64,000 nucleotides of DNA, from assembly GCA_964057225.1 (NCBI GenBank), contig OZ059897.1, positions 1,984,001 to 2,048,000 of the forward strand, written 5' to 3'. The DNA comes from Auanema rhodensis. Lineage: Eukaryota; Animalia; Nematoda. The stretch's first letter is position 1. Each line of letters begins with the position of its first letter. The position numbers were made by a program, and so were the translations under genes. Below the pieces are notes generated by a model that saw nothing but the letters and a program-made list of their open reading frames with translations, had not been told where the DNA came from and searched no databases. This document shows positions 39,945-54,000 of the stretch, piece after piece.

Positions 39945-42900
39945 TTAAGCTGCGTTGATCTGTGTTATCAGATTTGAGTTAGCTTAAAAATGCACCGAGA
40001 TATCAACTGATATATGTTCACACTTATATCCTCGATTTTCACCCTGAAGAAATGATTTTTTCGTTGAAAAACATTGTCCATCATCTTTGCCTTGAAAAAA
40101 GGAATCTAAAAACATCTACTTTTTGTGAAATTATTTAGAAATTTTTCGGGAAAATTTTTGTCAAAATGTTTTTGGAAGCAATGTTGAGTGTACATAGGAA
40201 CTCAACATACACTAATGCATTATTTTTCAAACGATCATAACTTATTTTTGTATAGAGCGTTTCTCAATGTAGTATAGTGCATTCGATGCTGATTTCTAAG
40301 CTGCGTCGATCTGTGTTATCAGATTTGAGTTAGCTTAAAAATGCACCGAGATATCAACTGATATATGTTCACACTTATATCCTCGATTTTCACCCTGAAG
40401 AAATGATTTTTTCGTCGAAAAACATTGTCCATCGTCTTTGCCTTGAAAAAAGGAATCTAAAAACATCTACTTTTTGTGAAATTATTTAGAAATTTTTCGG
40501 GAAAATTTTTGTCAAAATGTTTTTGGAAGCAATGTTGAGTGTACATGGGAACTCAACATACACTAATGCATTATTTTTCAAACGATCATAACTTATTTTT
40601 GTATAGAGCGTTTCTTAATGTAGTATAGTGCATTCGATGCGGATTTTTAAGCTGCGTCTATCTGTGTTATCAGATTTGAGTTAGCTTAAAAATGCACCGA
40701 GATATCAACTGATATATGTTCACACTTATATCCTCGATTTTCACCCTGAAGAAATTGTCCATCGTCTTTGTCTTGAAAAAAGGAATCTAAAAACATCTAC
40801 GTTTTGTGAAATTATTTAGAAATTTTTCGGTAAAATTTTTGTCAAAATGTTTTTGGAAGCAATGTTGAGTGTACATGGGAACTCAACATACACTAATGCA
40901 TTATTTTTCAAACGATCATAACTAATTTCTGTAAATAGCGTTTCTCAATGTAGTATAGTGCATTCGATGCGAATTTTTAAGCTGCGTCGATCTGTGTTAT
41001 CAGATTTGAGTTAGCTTAAAAATGCACCGAGATATCAACTGATATATGTTCACACTTATATCCTCGATTTTCACCCTGAAGAAATAGTTTTTTCGTTGAA
41101 AAACATTGTCCATCGTCTTTGCCTTGAAAAAAGGAATCTGAAAACATCTACTTTTTGTGAAATTATTTAGAAATTTTTCGGGAAAATTTTTGTCAAAATG
41201 TTTTTGGAAGCAATGTTGAGTGTACATGGGAACTCAACATACACTAATGCATTATTTTTCAAACGATCATAACTTATTTTTGTATAGAGCGTTTCTCAAT
41301 GTAGTATAGTGCATTCGATGCGGATTTTTAAGCTGCGTCGATCTGTGTTATCAGATTTGAGTTAGCTTAAAAATGCACCGAGATATCAACTGATATATGT
41401 TCACACTTATATCCTCGACTTTCACCCTGAAGAAATGATTTTTTCGTTGAATAACATTGTCCATCGTCTTCGTCTTGAAAAAAGGAATCTAAAAACATCT
41501 ACTTTTTGTGAAATTATTCAGAAAATTTTCGGGAAAATTTTTGTCAAAATGTTTTTGGAAGCAATGTTGAGTGTACATGGGAACTCAACATACACTAATG
41601 CATTATTTTTCAAACGATCATAACTAATTTTTGTATAGAGCGTTTCTCAATGTAGTATAGTGCATTCGATGCGGATTTTTAAGCTGCGTTGATCTGTGTT
41701 ATCAGATTTGAGTTAGCTTAAAAATGCACCGAGATATCAACTGATATATGTTCACACTTATATCCTCGATTTTCACCCTGAAGAAATGATTTTTTCGTTG
41801 AAAAACATTGTCCATCATCTTTGCCTTGAAAAAAGGAATCTAAAAACATCTACTTTTTGTGAAATTATTTAGAAATTTTTCGGGAAAATTTTTGTCAAAA
41901 TGTTTTTGGAAGCAATGTTGAGTGTACATAGGAACTCAACATACACTAATGCATTATTTTTCAAACGATCATAACTTATTTTTGTATAGAGCGTTTCTCA
42001 ATGTAGTATAGTGCATTCGATGCGGATTTTTAAGCTGCGTCGATCTGTGTTATCAGATTTGAGTTAGCTTAAAAATGCACCGAGATATCAACTGATATAT
42101 GTTCACACTTATATCCTCGATTTTCACCCTGAAGAAATGATTTTTTCGTCGAAAAACATTGTCCATCGTCTTTGCCTTGAAAAAAGGAATCTAAAAACAT
42201 CTACTTTTTGTGAAATTATTTAGAAATTTTTCGGGAAAATTTTTGTCAAAATGTTTTTGGAAGCAATGTTGAGTGTACATGGGAACTCAACATACACTAA
42301 TGCATTATTTTTCAAACGATCATAACTTATTTTTGTATAGAGCGTTTCTTAATGTAGTATAGTGCATTCGATGCGGATTTTTAAGCTGCGTCTATCTGTG
42401 TTATCAGATTTGAGTTAGCTTAAAAATGCACCGAGATATCAACTGATATATGTTCACACTTATATCCTCGATTTTCACCCTGAAGAAATTGTCCATCGTC
42501 TTTGTCTTGAAAAAAGGAATCTAAAAACATCTACGTTTTGTGAAATTATTTAGAAATTTTTCGGTAAAATTTTTGTCAAAATGTTTTTGGAAGCAATGTT
42601 GAGTGTACATGGGAACTCAACATACACTAATGCATTATTTTTCAAACGATCATAACTAATTTCTGTAAATAGCGTTTCTCAATGTAGTATAGTGCATTCG
42701 ATGCGAATTTTTAAGCTGCGTCGATCTGTGTTATCAGATTTGAGTTAGCTTAAAAATGCACCGAGATATCAACTGATATATGTTCACACTTATATCCTCG
42801 ATTTTCACCCTGAAGAAATAGTTTTTTCGTTGAAAAACATTGTCCATCGTCTTTGCCTTGAAAAAAGGAATCTGAAAACATCTACTTTTTGTGAAATTAT

Positions 42901-45900
42901 TTAGAAATTTTTCGGGAAAATTTTTGTCAAAATGTTTTTGGAAGCAATGTTGAGTGTACATGGGAACTCAACATACACTAATGCATTATTTTTCAAACGA
43001 TCATAACTTATTTTTGTATAGAGCGTTTCTCAATGTAGTATAGTGCATTCGATGCGGATTTTTAAGCTGCGTCGATCTGTGTTATCAGATTTGAGTTAGC
43101 TTAAAAATGCACCGAGATATCAACTGATATATGTTCACACTTATATCCTCGACTTTCACCCTGAAGAAATGATTTTTTCGTTGAATAACATTGTCCATCG
43201 TCTTCGTCTTGAAAAAAGGAATCTAAAAACATCTACTTTTTGTGAAATTATTTAGAAATTTTTCGGGAAAATTTTTGTCAAAATGTTTTTGGAAGCAATG
43301 TTGAGTGTACATGGGAACTCAACATACACTAATGCATTATTTTTCAAACGATCATAACTTATTTTTGTATAGAGCGTTTCTCAATGTAGTATAGTGCATT
43401 CGATGCGGATTTTTAAGCTGCGTCGATCTGTGTTATCAGATTTGAGTTAGCTTAAAAATGCACCGAGATATCAACTGATATATGTTCACACTTATATCCT
43501 CGATTTTCACCCTGAAGAAATGATTTTTTCGTTGAATAACATTGTCCATCGTCTTCGTCTTGAAAAAAGGAATCCAAAAACATCTACTTTTTGTGAAATT
43601 ATTTAGAAATTTTTCGGGAAAATTTTTGTCAAAATGTTTTTGGAAGCAATGTTGAGTGTACATGGGAACTCAACATACACTAATGCATTATTTTTCAAAC
43701 GATCATAACTAATTTTTGTAAATAGCGTTTCTCAAGGTAGTATAGTGCATTCGATGCGGATTTTTAAGCTGCGTCGATCTGTGTTATCAGATTTGCACTA
43801 GCTTAAAAATGCACCAAGATATCAACTGATATATGTTCACACTTATATCCTCGATTTTCACCCTGAAGAAATGATTTTTTCGTCGAAAAACATTGTCCAT
43901 CGTCTTTGCCTTGAAAAAAGGAATCTAAAAATATCTACTTTTTGTGAAATTATTTAGAAATTTTTCGGGAAAATTTTTGTCAAAATGTTTTTGGAAGCAA
44001 TGTTGAGTGTACATGGGAACTCAACATACACTAATGCATTATTTTTCAAACGATCATAACTAATTTTTGTATAGAGCGTTTCTCAATGTAGTATAGTGCA
44101 TTCGATGCGGATTTTTAAGCTGCGTTGATCTGTGTTATCAGATTTGAGTTAGCTTAAAAATGCACCGAGATATCAACTGATATATGTTCACACTTATATC
44201 CTCGATTTTCACCCTGAAGAAATGATTTTTTCGTTGAAAAACATTGTCCATCATCTTTGCCTTGAAAAAAGGAATCTAAAAACATCTACTTTTTGTGAAA
44301 TTATTTAGAAATTTTTCGGGAAAATTTTTGTCAAAATGTTTTTGGAAGCAATGTTGAGTGTACATAGGAACTCAACATACACTAATGCATTATTTTTCAA
44401 ACGATCATAACTTATTTTTGTATAGAGCGTTTCTCAATGTAGTATAGTGCATTCGATGCTGATTTCTAAGCTGCGTCGATCTGTGTTATCAGATTTGAGT
44501 TAGCTTAAAAATGCACCGAGATATCAACTGATATATGTTCACACTTATATCCTCGATTTTCACCCTGAAGAAATGATTTTTTCGTCGAAAAACATTGTCC
44601 ATCGTCTTTGCCTTGAAAAAAGGAATCTAAAAACATCTACTTTTTGTGAAATTATTTAGAAATTTTTCGGGAAAATTTTTGTCAAAATGTTTTTGGAAGC
44701 AATGTTGAGTGTACATGGGAACTCAACATACACTAATGCATTATTTTTCAAACGATCATAACTTATTTTTGTATAGAGCGTTTCTAAATGTAGTATAGTG
44801 CATTCGATGCGGATTTTTAAGCTGCGTCTATCTGTGTTATCAGATTTGAGTTAGCTTAAAAATGCACCGAGATATCAACTGATATATGTTCACACTTATA
44901 TCCTCGATTTTCACCCTGAAGAAATTGTCCATCGTCTTTGTCTTGAAAAAAGGAATCTAAAAACATCTACGTTTTGTGAAATTATTTAGAAATTTTTCGG
45001 TAAAATTTTTGTCAAAATGTTTTTGGAAGCAATGTTGAGTGTACATGGGAACTCAACATACACTAATGCATTATTTTTCAAACGATCATAACTAATTTCT
45101 GTAAATAGCGTTTCTCAATGTAGTATAGTGCATTTGATGCGAATTTTTAAGCTGCGTCGATCTGTGTTATCAGATTTGAGTTAGCTTAAAAATGCACCGA
45201 GATATCAACTGATATATGTTCACACTTATATCCTCGATTTTCACCCTGAAGAAATAGTTTTTTCGTTGAAAAACATTGTCCATCGTCTTTGCCTTGAAAA
45301 AAGGAATCTGAAAACATCTACTTTTTGTGAAATTATTTAGAAATTTTTCGGGAAAATTTTTGTCAAAATGTTTTTGGAAGCAATGTTGAGTGTACATGGG
45401 AACTCAACATACACTAATGCATTATTTTTCAAACGATCATAACTTATTTTTGTATAGAGCGTTTCTCAATGTAGTATAGTGCATTCGATGCGGATTTTTA
45501 AGCTGCGTCGATCTGTGTTATCAGATTTGAGTTAGCTTAAAAATGCACCGAGATATCAACTGATATATGTTCACACTTATATCCTCGACTTTCACCCTGA
45601 AGAAATGATTTTTTCGTTGAATAACATTGTCCATCGTCTTCGTCTTGAAAAAAGGAATCTAAAAACATCTACTTTTTGTGAAATTATTTAGAAATTTTTC
45701 GGGAAAATTTTTGTCAAAATGTTTTTGGAAGCAATGTTGAGTGTACATGGGAACTCAACATACACTAATGCATTATTTTTCAAACGATCATAACTTATTT
45801 TTGTATAGAGCGTTTCTCAATGTAGTATAGTGCATTCGATGCGGATTTTTAAGCTGCGTCGATCTGTGTTATCAGATTTGAGTTAGCTTAAAAATGCACC

Positions 45901-48900
45901 GAGATATCAACTGATATATGTTCACACTTATATCCTCGATTTTCACCCTGAAGAAATGATTTTTTCGTTGAATAACATTGTCCATCGTCTTCGTCTTGAA
46001 AAAAGAAATCCAAAAACATCTACTTTTTGTGAAATTATTTAGAAATTTTTCGGGAAAATTTTTGTCAAAATGTTTTTGGAAGCAATGTTGAGTGTACATG
46101 GGAACTCAACATACACTAATGCATTATTTTTCAAACGATCATAACTAATTTTTGTAAATAGCGTTTCTCAAGGTAGTATAGTGCATTCGATGCGGATTTT
46201 TAAGCTGCGTCGATCTGTGTTATCAGATTTGCACTAGCTTAAAAATGCACCAAGATATCAACTGATATATGTTCACACTTATATCCTCGATTTTCACCCT
46301 GAAGAAATGATTTTTTCGTCGAAAAACATTGTCCATCGTCTTTGCCTTGAAAAAAGGAATCTAAAAACATCTACTTTTTGTGAAATTATTTAGAAATTTT
46401 TCGGGAAAATTTTTGTCAAAATGTTTTTGGAAGCAATGTTGAGTGTACATGGGAACTCAACATACACTAATGCATTATTTTTCAAACGATCATAACTAAT
46501 TTTTCTAAATAGCGTTTCTCGATGTAGTATAGTGCATTCGATGCGGATTTTTAAGCTGCGTTGATCTGTGTTATCAGATTTGAGTTAACTTAAAAATGCA
46601 CCGAGATATCAACTGATATAGGTTCACACTTATATCCTCGATTTTCACCCTGCAGAAATGATTTTTTTGTTGAAAAACATTGTCTATCGTCTTCGTCATG
46701 AAAAAATGAATCTAAAAACATCTACTTTTTGTGAAATTATTCAGAAAATTTTCGGTAAAATTTTTGTCAAAATGTTTTTGGAAGCAATGTTGAGTGTACA
46801 TGGGAACTCAACATACACTAATGCATTATTTTTCAAACGATCATAACTTATTTTTGTATAGAGCGTTTCTCAATGTAGTATAGTGCATTCGATGCTGATT
46901 TCTAAGCTGCGTCGATCTGTGTTATCAGATTTGAGTTAGCTTAAAAATGCACCGAGATATCAACTGATATATGTTCACACTTATATCCTCGATTTTCACC
47001 CTGAAGAAATGATTTTTTCGTCGAAAAACATTGTCCATCGTCTTTGCCTTGAAAAAAGGAATCTAAAAACATCTACTTTTTGTGAAATTATTTAGAAATT
47101 TTTCGGGAAAATTTTTGTCAAAATGTTTTTGGAAGCAATGTTGAGTGTACATGGGAACTCAACATACACTAATGCATTATTTTTCAAACGATCATAACTT
47201 ATTTTTGTATAGAGCGTTTCTTAATGTAGTATAGTGCATTCGATGCGGATTTTTAAGCTGCGTCTATCTGTGTTATCAGATTTGAGTTAGCTTAAAAATG
47301 CACCGAGATATCAACTGATATATGTTCACACTTATATTCTCGATTTTCACCCTGAAGAAATTATCCATCGTCTTTGTCTTGAAAAAAGGAATCTAAAAAC
47401 ATCTACGTTTTGTGAAATTATTTAGAAATTTTTCGGTAAAATTTTTGTCAAAATGTTTTTGGAAGCAATGTTGAGTGTACATGGGAACTCAACATACACT
47501 AATGCATTATTTTTCAAACGATCATAACTAATTTCTGTAAATAGCGTTTCTCAATGTAGTATAGTGCATTCGATGCGAATTTTTAAGCTGCGTCGATCTG
47601 TGTTATCAGATTTGAGTTAGCTTAAAAATGCACCGAGATATCAACTGATATATGTTCACACTTATATCCTCGATTTTCACCCTGAAGAAATAGTTTTTTC
47701 GTTGAAAAACATTGTCCATCGTCTTTGCCTTGAAAAAAGGAATCTGAAAACATCTACTTTTTGTGAAATTATTTAGAAATTTTTCGGGAAAATTTTTGTC
47801 AAAATGTTTTTGGAAGCAATGTTGAGTGTACATGGGAACTCAACATACACTAATGCATTATTTTTCAAACGATCATAACTAATTTCTGTAAATAGCGTTT
47901 CTCAATGTAGTATAGTGCATTCGATGCGAATTTTTAAGCTGCGTCGATCTGTGTTATCAGATTTGAGTTAGCTTAAAAATGCACCGAGATATCAACTGAT
48001 ATATGTTCACACTTATATCCTCGACTTTCACCCTGAAGAAATGATTTTTTCGTTGAATAACATTGTCCATCGTCTTCGTCTTGAAAAAAGGAATCTAAAA
48101 ACATCTACTTTTTGTGAAATTATTTAGAAATTTTTCGGGAAAATTTTTGTCAAAATGTTTTTGGAAGCAATGTTGAGTGTACATGGGAACTCAACATACA
48201 CTAATGCATTATTTTTCAAACGATCATAACTTATTTTTGTATAGAGCGTTTCTCAATGTAGTATTGTGCATTCGATGCGGATTTTTAAGCTGCGTCGATC
48301 TGTGTTATCAGATTTGAGTTAGCTTAAAAATGCACCGAGATATCAACTGATATATGTTCACACTTATATCCTCGATTTTCACCCTGAAGAAATGATTTTT
48401 TCGTTGAATAACATTGTCCATCGTCTTCGTCTTGAAAAAAGGAATCCAAAAACATCTACTTTTTGTGAAATAATTTAGAAATTTTTCGGGAAAATTTTCG
48501 TCAAAATGTTTTTGGAAGCAATGTTGAGTGTACATGGGAACTCAACATACACTAATGCATTATTTTTCAAACGATCATAACTTATTTCTGTAAATAGCGT
48601 TTCTCAATGTAGTATAGTGCATTCGATGCGAATTTTTAAGCTGCGTCGATCTGTGTTATCAGATTTGAGTTAGCTTAAAAATGCACCGAGATATCAACTG
48701 ATATATGTTCACACTTATATCCTCGATTTTCACCCTGAAGAAATGATTTTTTCGTTGAAAAACATTGTCCATCATCTTTGCCTTGAAAAAAGGAATCTAA
48801 AAACATCTACTTTTTGTGAAATTATTTAGAAATTTTTCGGGAAAATTTTTGTCAAAATGTTTTTGGAAGCAATGTTGAGTGTACATAGGAACTCAACATA

Positions 48901-51071
48901 CACTAATGCATTATTTTTCAAACGATCATAACTTATTTTTGTATAGAGCGTTTCTCAATGTAGTATAGTGCATTCGATGCTGATTTCTAAGCTGCGTCGA
49001 TCTGTGTTATCAGATTTGAGTTAGCTTAAAAATGCACCGAGATATCAACTGATATATGTTCACACTTATATCCTCGATTTTCACCCTGAACAAATGATTT
49101 TTTCGTCGAAAAACATTGTCCATCGTCTTTGCCTTGAAAAAAGGAATCTAAAAACATCTACTTTTTGTGAAATTATTTAGAAATTTTTCGGGAAACTTTT
49201 TGTCAAAATGTTTTTGGAAGCAATGTTGAGTGTACATGGGAACTCAACATACACTAATGCATTATTTTTCAAACGATCATAACTTATTTTTGTATAGAGC
49301 GTTTCTTAATGTAGTATAGTGCATTCGATGCGGATTTTTAAGCTGCGTCTATCTGTGTTATCAGATTTGAGTTAGCTTAAAAATGCACCGAGATATCAAC
49401 TGATATATGTTCACACTTATATCCTCGATTTTCACCCTGAAGAAATTGTCTATCGTCTTTGTCTTGAAAAAAGGAATCTAAAAACATCTACGTTTTGTGA
49501 AATTATTTAGAAATTTTTCGGTAAAATTTTTGTCAAAATGTTTTTGGAAGCAATGTTGAGTGTACATGGGAACTCAACATACACTAATGCATTATTTTTC
49601 AAACGATCATAACTAATTTCTGTAAATAGCGTTTCTCAATGTAGTATAGTGCATTCGATGCGAATTTTTAAGCTGCGTCGATCTGTGTTATCAGATTTGA
49701 GTTAGCTTAAAAATGCACCGAGATATCAACTGATATATGTTCACACTTATATCCTCGATTTTCACCCTGAAGAAATAGTTTTTTCGTTGAAAAACATTGT
49801 CCATCGTCTTTGCCTTGAAAAAAGGAATCTGAAAACATCTACTTTTTGTGAAATTATTTAGAAATTTTTCGGGAAAATTTTTGTCAAAATGTTTTTGGAA
49901 GCAATGTTGAGTGTACATGGGAACTCAACATACACTAATGCATTATTTTTCAAACGATCATAACTTATTTTTGTATAGAGCGTTTCTCAATGTAGTATAG
50001 TGCATTCGATGCGGATTTTTAAGCTGCGTCGATCTGTGTTATCAGATTTGAGTTAGCTTAAAAATGCACCGAGATATCAACTGATATATGTTCACACTTA
50101 TATCCTCGACTTTCACCCTGAAGAAATGATTTTTTCGTTGAATAACATTGTCCATCGTCTTCGTCTTGAAAAAAGGAATCTAAAAACATCTACTTTTTGT
50201 GAAATTATTTAGAAATTTTTCGGGAAAATTTTTGTCAAAATGTTTTTGGAAGCAATGTTGAGTGTACATGGGAACTCAACATACACTAATGCATTATTTT
50301 TCAAACGATCATAACTTATTTTTGTATAGAGCGTTTCTCAATGTAGTATAGTGCATTCGATGCGGATTTTTAAGCTGCGTCGATCTGTGTTATCAGATTT
50401 GAGTTAGCTTAAAAATGCACCGAGATATCAACTGATATATGTTCACACTTATATCCTCGATTTTCACCCTGAAGAAATGATTTTTTCGTTGAATAACATT
50501 GTCCATCGTCTTCGTCTTGAAAAAAGGAATCCAAAAACATCTACTTTTTGTGAAATTATTTAGAAATTTTTCGGGAAAATTTTCGTCAAAATGTTTTTGG
50601 AAGCAATGTTGAGTGTACATGGGAACTCAACATACACTAATGCATTATTTTTCAAACGATCATAACTAATTTTTGTAAATAGCGTTTCTCAAGGTAGTAT
50701 AGTGCATTCGATGCGGATTTTTAAGCTGCGTCGATCTGTGTTATCAGATTTGCACTAGCTTAAAAATGCACCAAGATATCAACTGATATAAGTTCACACT
50801 TATATCCTCGATTTTCACCCTGAAGAAATGATTTTTTCGTTGAAAAACATTGTCCATCGTCTTTGCCTTGAAAAAAGGAATCTAAAAACATCTACTTTTT
50901 GTGAAATTATTTAGAAATTTTTCGGGAAAATTTTTGTCAAAATGTTTTTGGAAGCAATGTTGAGTGTACATGGGAACTCAACATACACTAATGCATTATT
51001 TTTCAAACGATCATAACTAATTTTTGTATAGAGCGTTTGTCAATGTAGTATAGTGCATTCGATGCGGATTT
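39945..51071. repeat. Variable higher-order repeat (5-, 7-, 7- and 6-monomer spacings) marked by a 330-bp deletion monomer
   Basis: 21-bp deletion junctions follow 40755, 42489, 44925, 47361 and 49446 (spacings 1734, 2436, 2436, 2085). Each has the linked markers GCGTCTA, ACGTTTT, CGGTAAA and GCGAAT, is preceded by a CGTCGA monomer and is followed by an AAATAGTT/TCTGAAA monomer. Confidence 0.92.
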
Positions 51072-54000
51072 TTAAGCTGCGTTGATCTGTGTTATCAGAT
51101 TTGAGTTAACTTAAAAATGCACCGAGATATCAACTGATATATGTTCACACTTATATCCTCGATTTTCACCCTGAAGAAATGATTTTTTCGTTGAATAACA
51201 TTGTCCATCGTCTTCGTCTTGAAAAAAGGAATCTAAAAACATCTACTTTTTGTGAAATTATTTAGAAATTTTTCGGGAAAATTTTTGTCAAAATGTTTTT
51301 GGAAGCAATGTTAAGTGTACATGGGAACTGAACATACACTAATGCATTATTTTTCAAACGATCATAACTAATTTTTGTAAATAGCGTTTCTCAAGGTAGT
51401 ATAGTGCATTCGATGCGGATTTTTAAGCTGCGTCGATCTGTGTTATCAGATTTGAGTTAGCTTAAAAATGCACCGAGATATCAACTGATATATGTTCACA
51501 CTTATATCCTCGATTTTCACCCTGAAGAAATGATTTTTTCGTTGAATAACATTGTCCATCGTCTTCGTCTTGAAAAAAGGAATCCAAAAACATCTACTTT
51601 TTGTGAAATTATTTAGAAATTTTTCGGGAAAATTTTCGTCAAAATGTTTTTGGAAGCAATGTTGAGTGTACATGGGAACTCAACATACACTAATGCATTA
51701 TTTTTCAAACGATCATAACTAATTTTTGTAAATAGCGTTTCTCAAGGTAGTATAGTGCATTCGATGCGGATTTTTAAGCTGCGTCGATCTGTGTTATCAG
51801 ATTTGCACTAGCTTAAAAATGCACCAAGATATCAACTGATATAAGTTCACACTTATATCCTCGATTTTCACCCTGAAGAAATGATTTTTTCGTTGAAAAA
51901 CATTGTCCATCGTCTTTGCCTTGAAAAAAGGAATCTAAAAACATCTACTTTTTGTGAAATTATTTAGAAATTTTTCGGGAAAATTTTTGTCAAAATGTTT
52001 TTGGAAGCAATGTTGAGTGTACATGGGAACTCAACATACACTAATGCATTATTTTTCAAACGATCATAACTAATTTTTGTATAGAGCGTTTGTCAATGTA
52101 GTATAGTGCATTCGATGCGGATTTTTAAGCTGCGTTGATCTGTGTTATCAGATTTGAGTTAACTTAAAAATGCACCGAGATATCAACTGATATATGTTCA
52201 CACTTATATCCTCGATTTTCACCCTGAAGAAATGATTTTTTCGTTGAATAACATTGTCCATCGTCTTCGTCTTGAAAAAAGGAATCTAAAAACATCTACT
52301 TTTTGTGAAATTATTTAGAAATTTTTCGGGAAAATTTTTGTCAAAATGTTTTTGGAAGCAATGTTAAGTGTACATGGGAACTGAACATACACTAATGCAT
52401 TATTTTTCAAACGATCATAACTAATTTTTGTAAATAGCGTTTCTCAAGGTAGTATAGTGCATTCGATGCGGATTTTTAAGCTGCGTCGATCTGTGTTATC
52501 AGATTTGCACTAGCTTAAAAATGCACCAAGATATCAACTGATATAAGTTCACACTTATATCCTCGATTTTCACCCTGAAGAAATAATTTTTTCGTTGAAA
52601 AACATTGTCCATCGTCTTTGCCTTGAAAAAAGGAATCTAAAAACAACTACTTTTTGTGAAATTATTTAGAAATTTTTCGGGAAAATTTTTGTCAAAATGT
52701 TTTTGGAAGCAATGTTGAGTGTACATGGGAACTCAACATACACTAATGCATTATTTTTCAAACGATCATAACTTATTTTTGTATAGAGCGTTTCTCAATG
52801 TAGTATAGTGCATTCGATGCGGATTTTTAAGCTGCGTCGATCTGTGTTATCAGATTTGAGTTAGCTTAAAAATGCACCGAGATATCAACTGATATATGTT
52901 CACACTTATATCCTCGATTTTCACCCTGAAGAAATGATTTTTTCGTTGAATAACATTGTCCATCGTCTTCGTCTTGAAAAAAGGAATCTAAAAACATCTA
53001 CTTTTTGTGAAATTATTTAGAAATTTTTCGGGAAAATTTTTGTCAAAATGTTTTTGGAAGCAATGTTGAGTGTACATGGGAACTCAACATACACTAATGC
53101 ATTATTTTTCAAACGATCATAACTAATTTTTGTATAGAGCGTTTGTCAATGTAGTATAGTGCATTCGATGCGGATTTTTAAGCTGCGTTGATCTGTGTTA
53201 TCAGATTTGAGTTAACTTAAAAATGCACCGAGATATCAACTGATATATTTTCACACTTATATCCTCGATTTTCACCCTGAAGAAATGATTTTTTCGTTGA
53301 ATAACATTGTCCATCGTCTTCGTCTTGAAAAAAGGAATCTAAAAACATCTACTTTTTGTGAAATTATTTAGAAATTTTTCGGGAAAATTTTTGTCAAAAT
53401 GTTTTTGGAAGCAATGTTGAGTGTACATGGGAACTCAACATACACTAATGCATTATTTTTCAAACGATCATAACTAGTTTTTGTAAATAGCGTTTCTCAA
53501 GGTAGTATAGTGCATTCGATGCGGATTTTTAAGCTGCGTCGATCTGTGTTATCAGATTTGCACTAGCTTAAAAATGCACCAAGATATCAACTGATATAAG
53601 TTCACACTTATATCCTCGATTTTCACCCTGAAGAAATAATTTTTTCGTTGAAAAACATTGTCCATCGTCTTTGCCTTGAAAAAAGGAATCTAAAAACATC
53701 TACTTTTTGTGAAATTATTTAGAAATTTTTCGGGAAAATTTTTGTCAAAATGTTTTTGGAAGCAATGTTGAGTGTACATGGGAACTCAACATACACTAAT
53801 GCATTATTTTTCAAACGATCATAACTTATTTTTGTATAGAGCGTTTCTCAATGTAGTATAGTGCATTCGATGCGGATTTTTAAGCTGCGTCGATCTGTGT
53901 TATCAGATTTGAGTTAGCTTAAAAATGCACCGAGATATCAACTGATATATGTTCACACTTATATCCTCGACTTTCACCCTGAAGAAATGATTTTTTCGTT

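Noticed and set aside
20817-46846. Repeated 62-aa + strand ORFs (MIFSLKNIV...)
   Set aside because: They open only where the TAG at pos 192-194 mutates to CAG or TAT. Most monomers keep the stop, the F/K/I-rich composition reflects A/T tracts, and no domain is recognisable.
1428-51673. Repeated 75-aa - strand ORFs (MYTQHCFQK...)
   Set aside because: They appear only when the minus-strand TAG (CTA at pos 162-164) is lost by TCTGAAA or TCCAAAA variants. These are incidental open frames.
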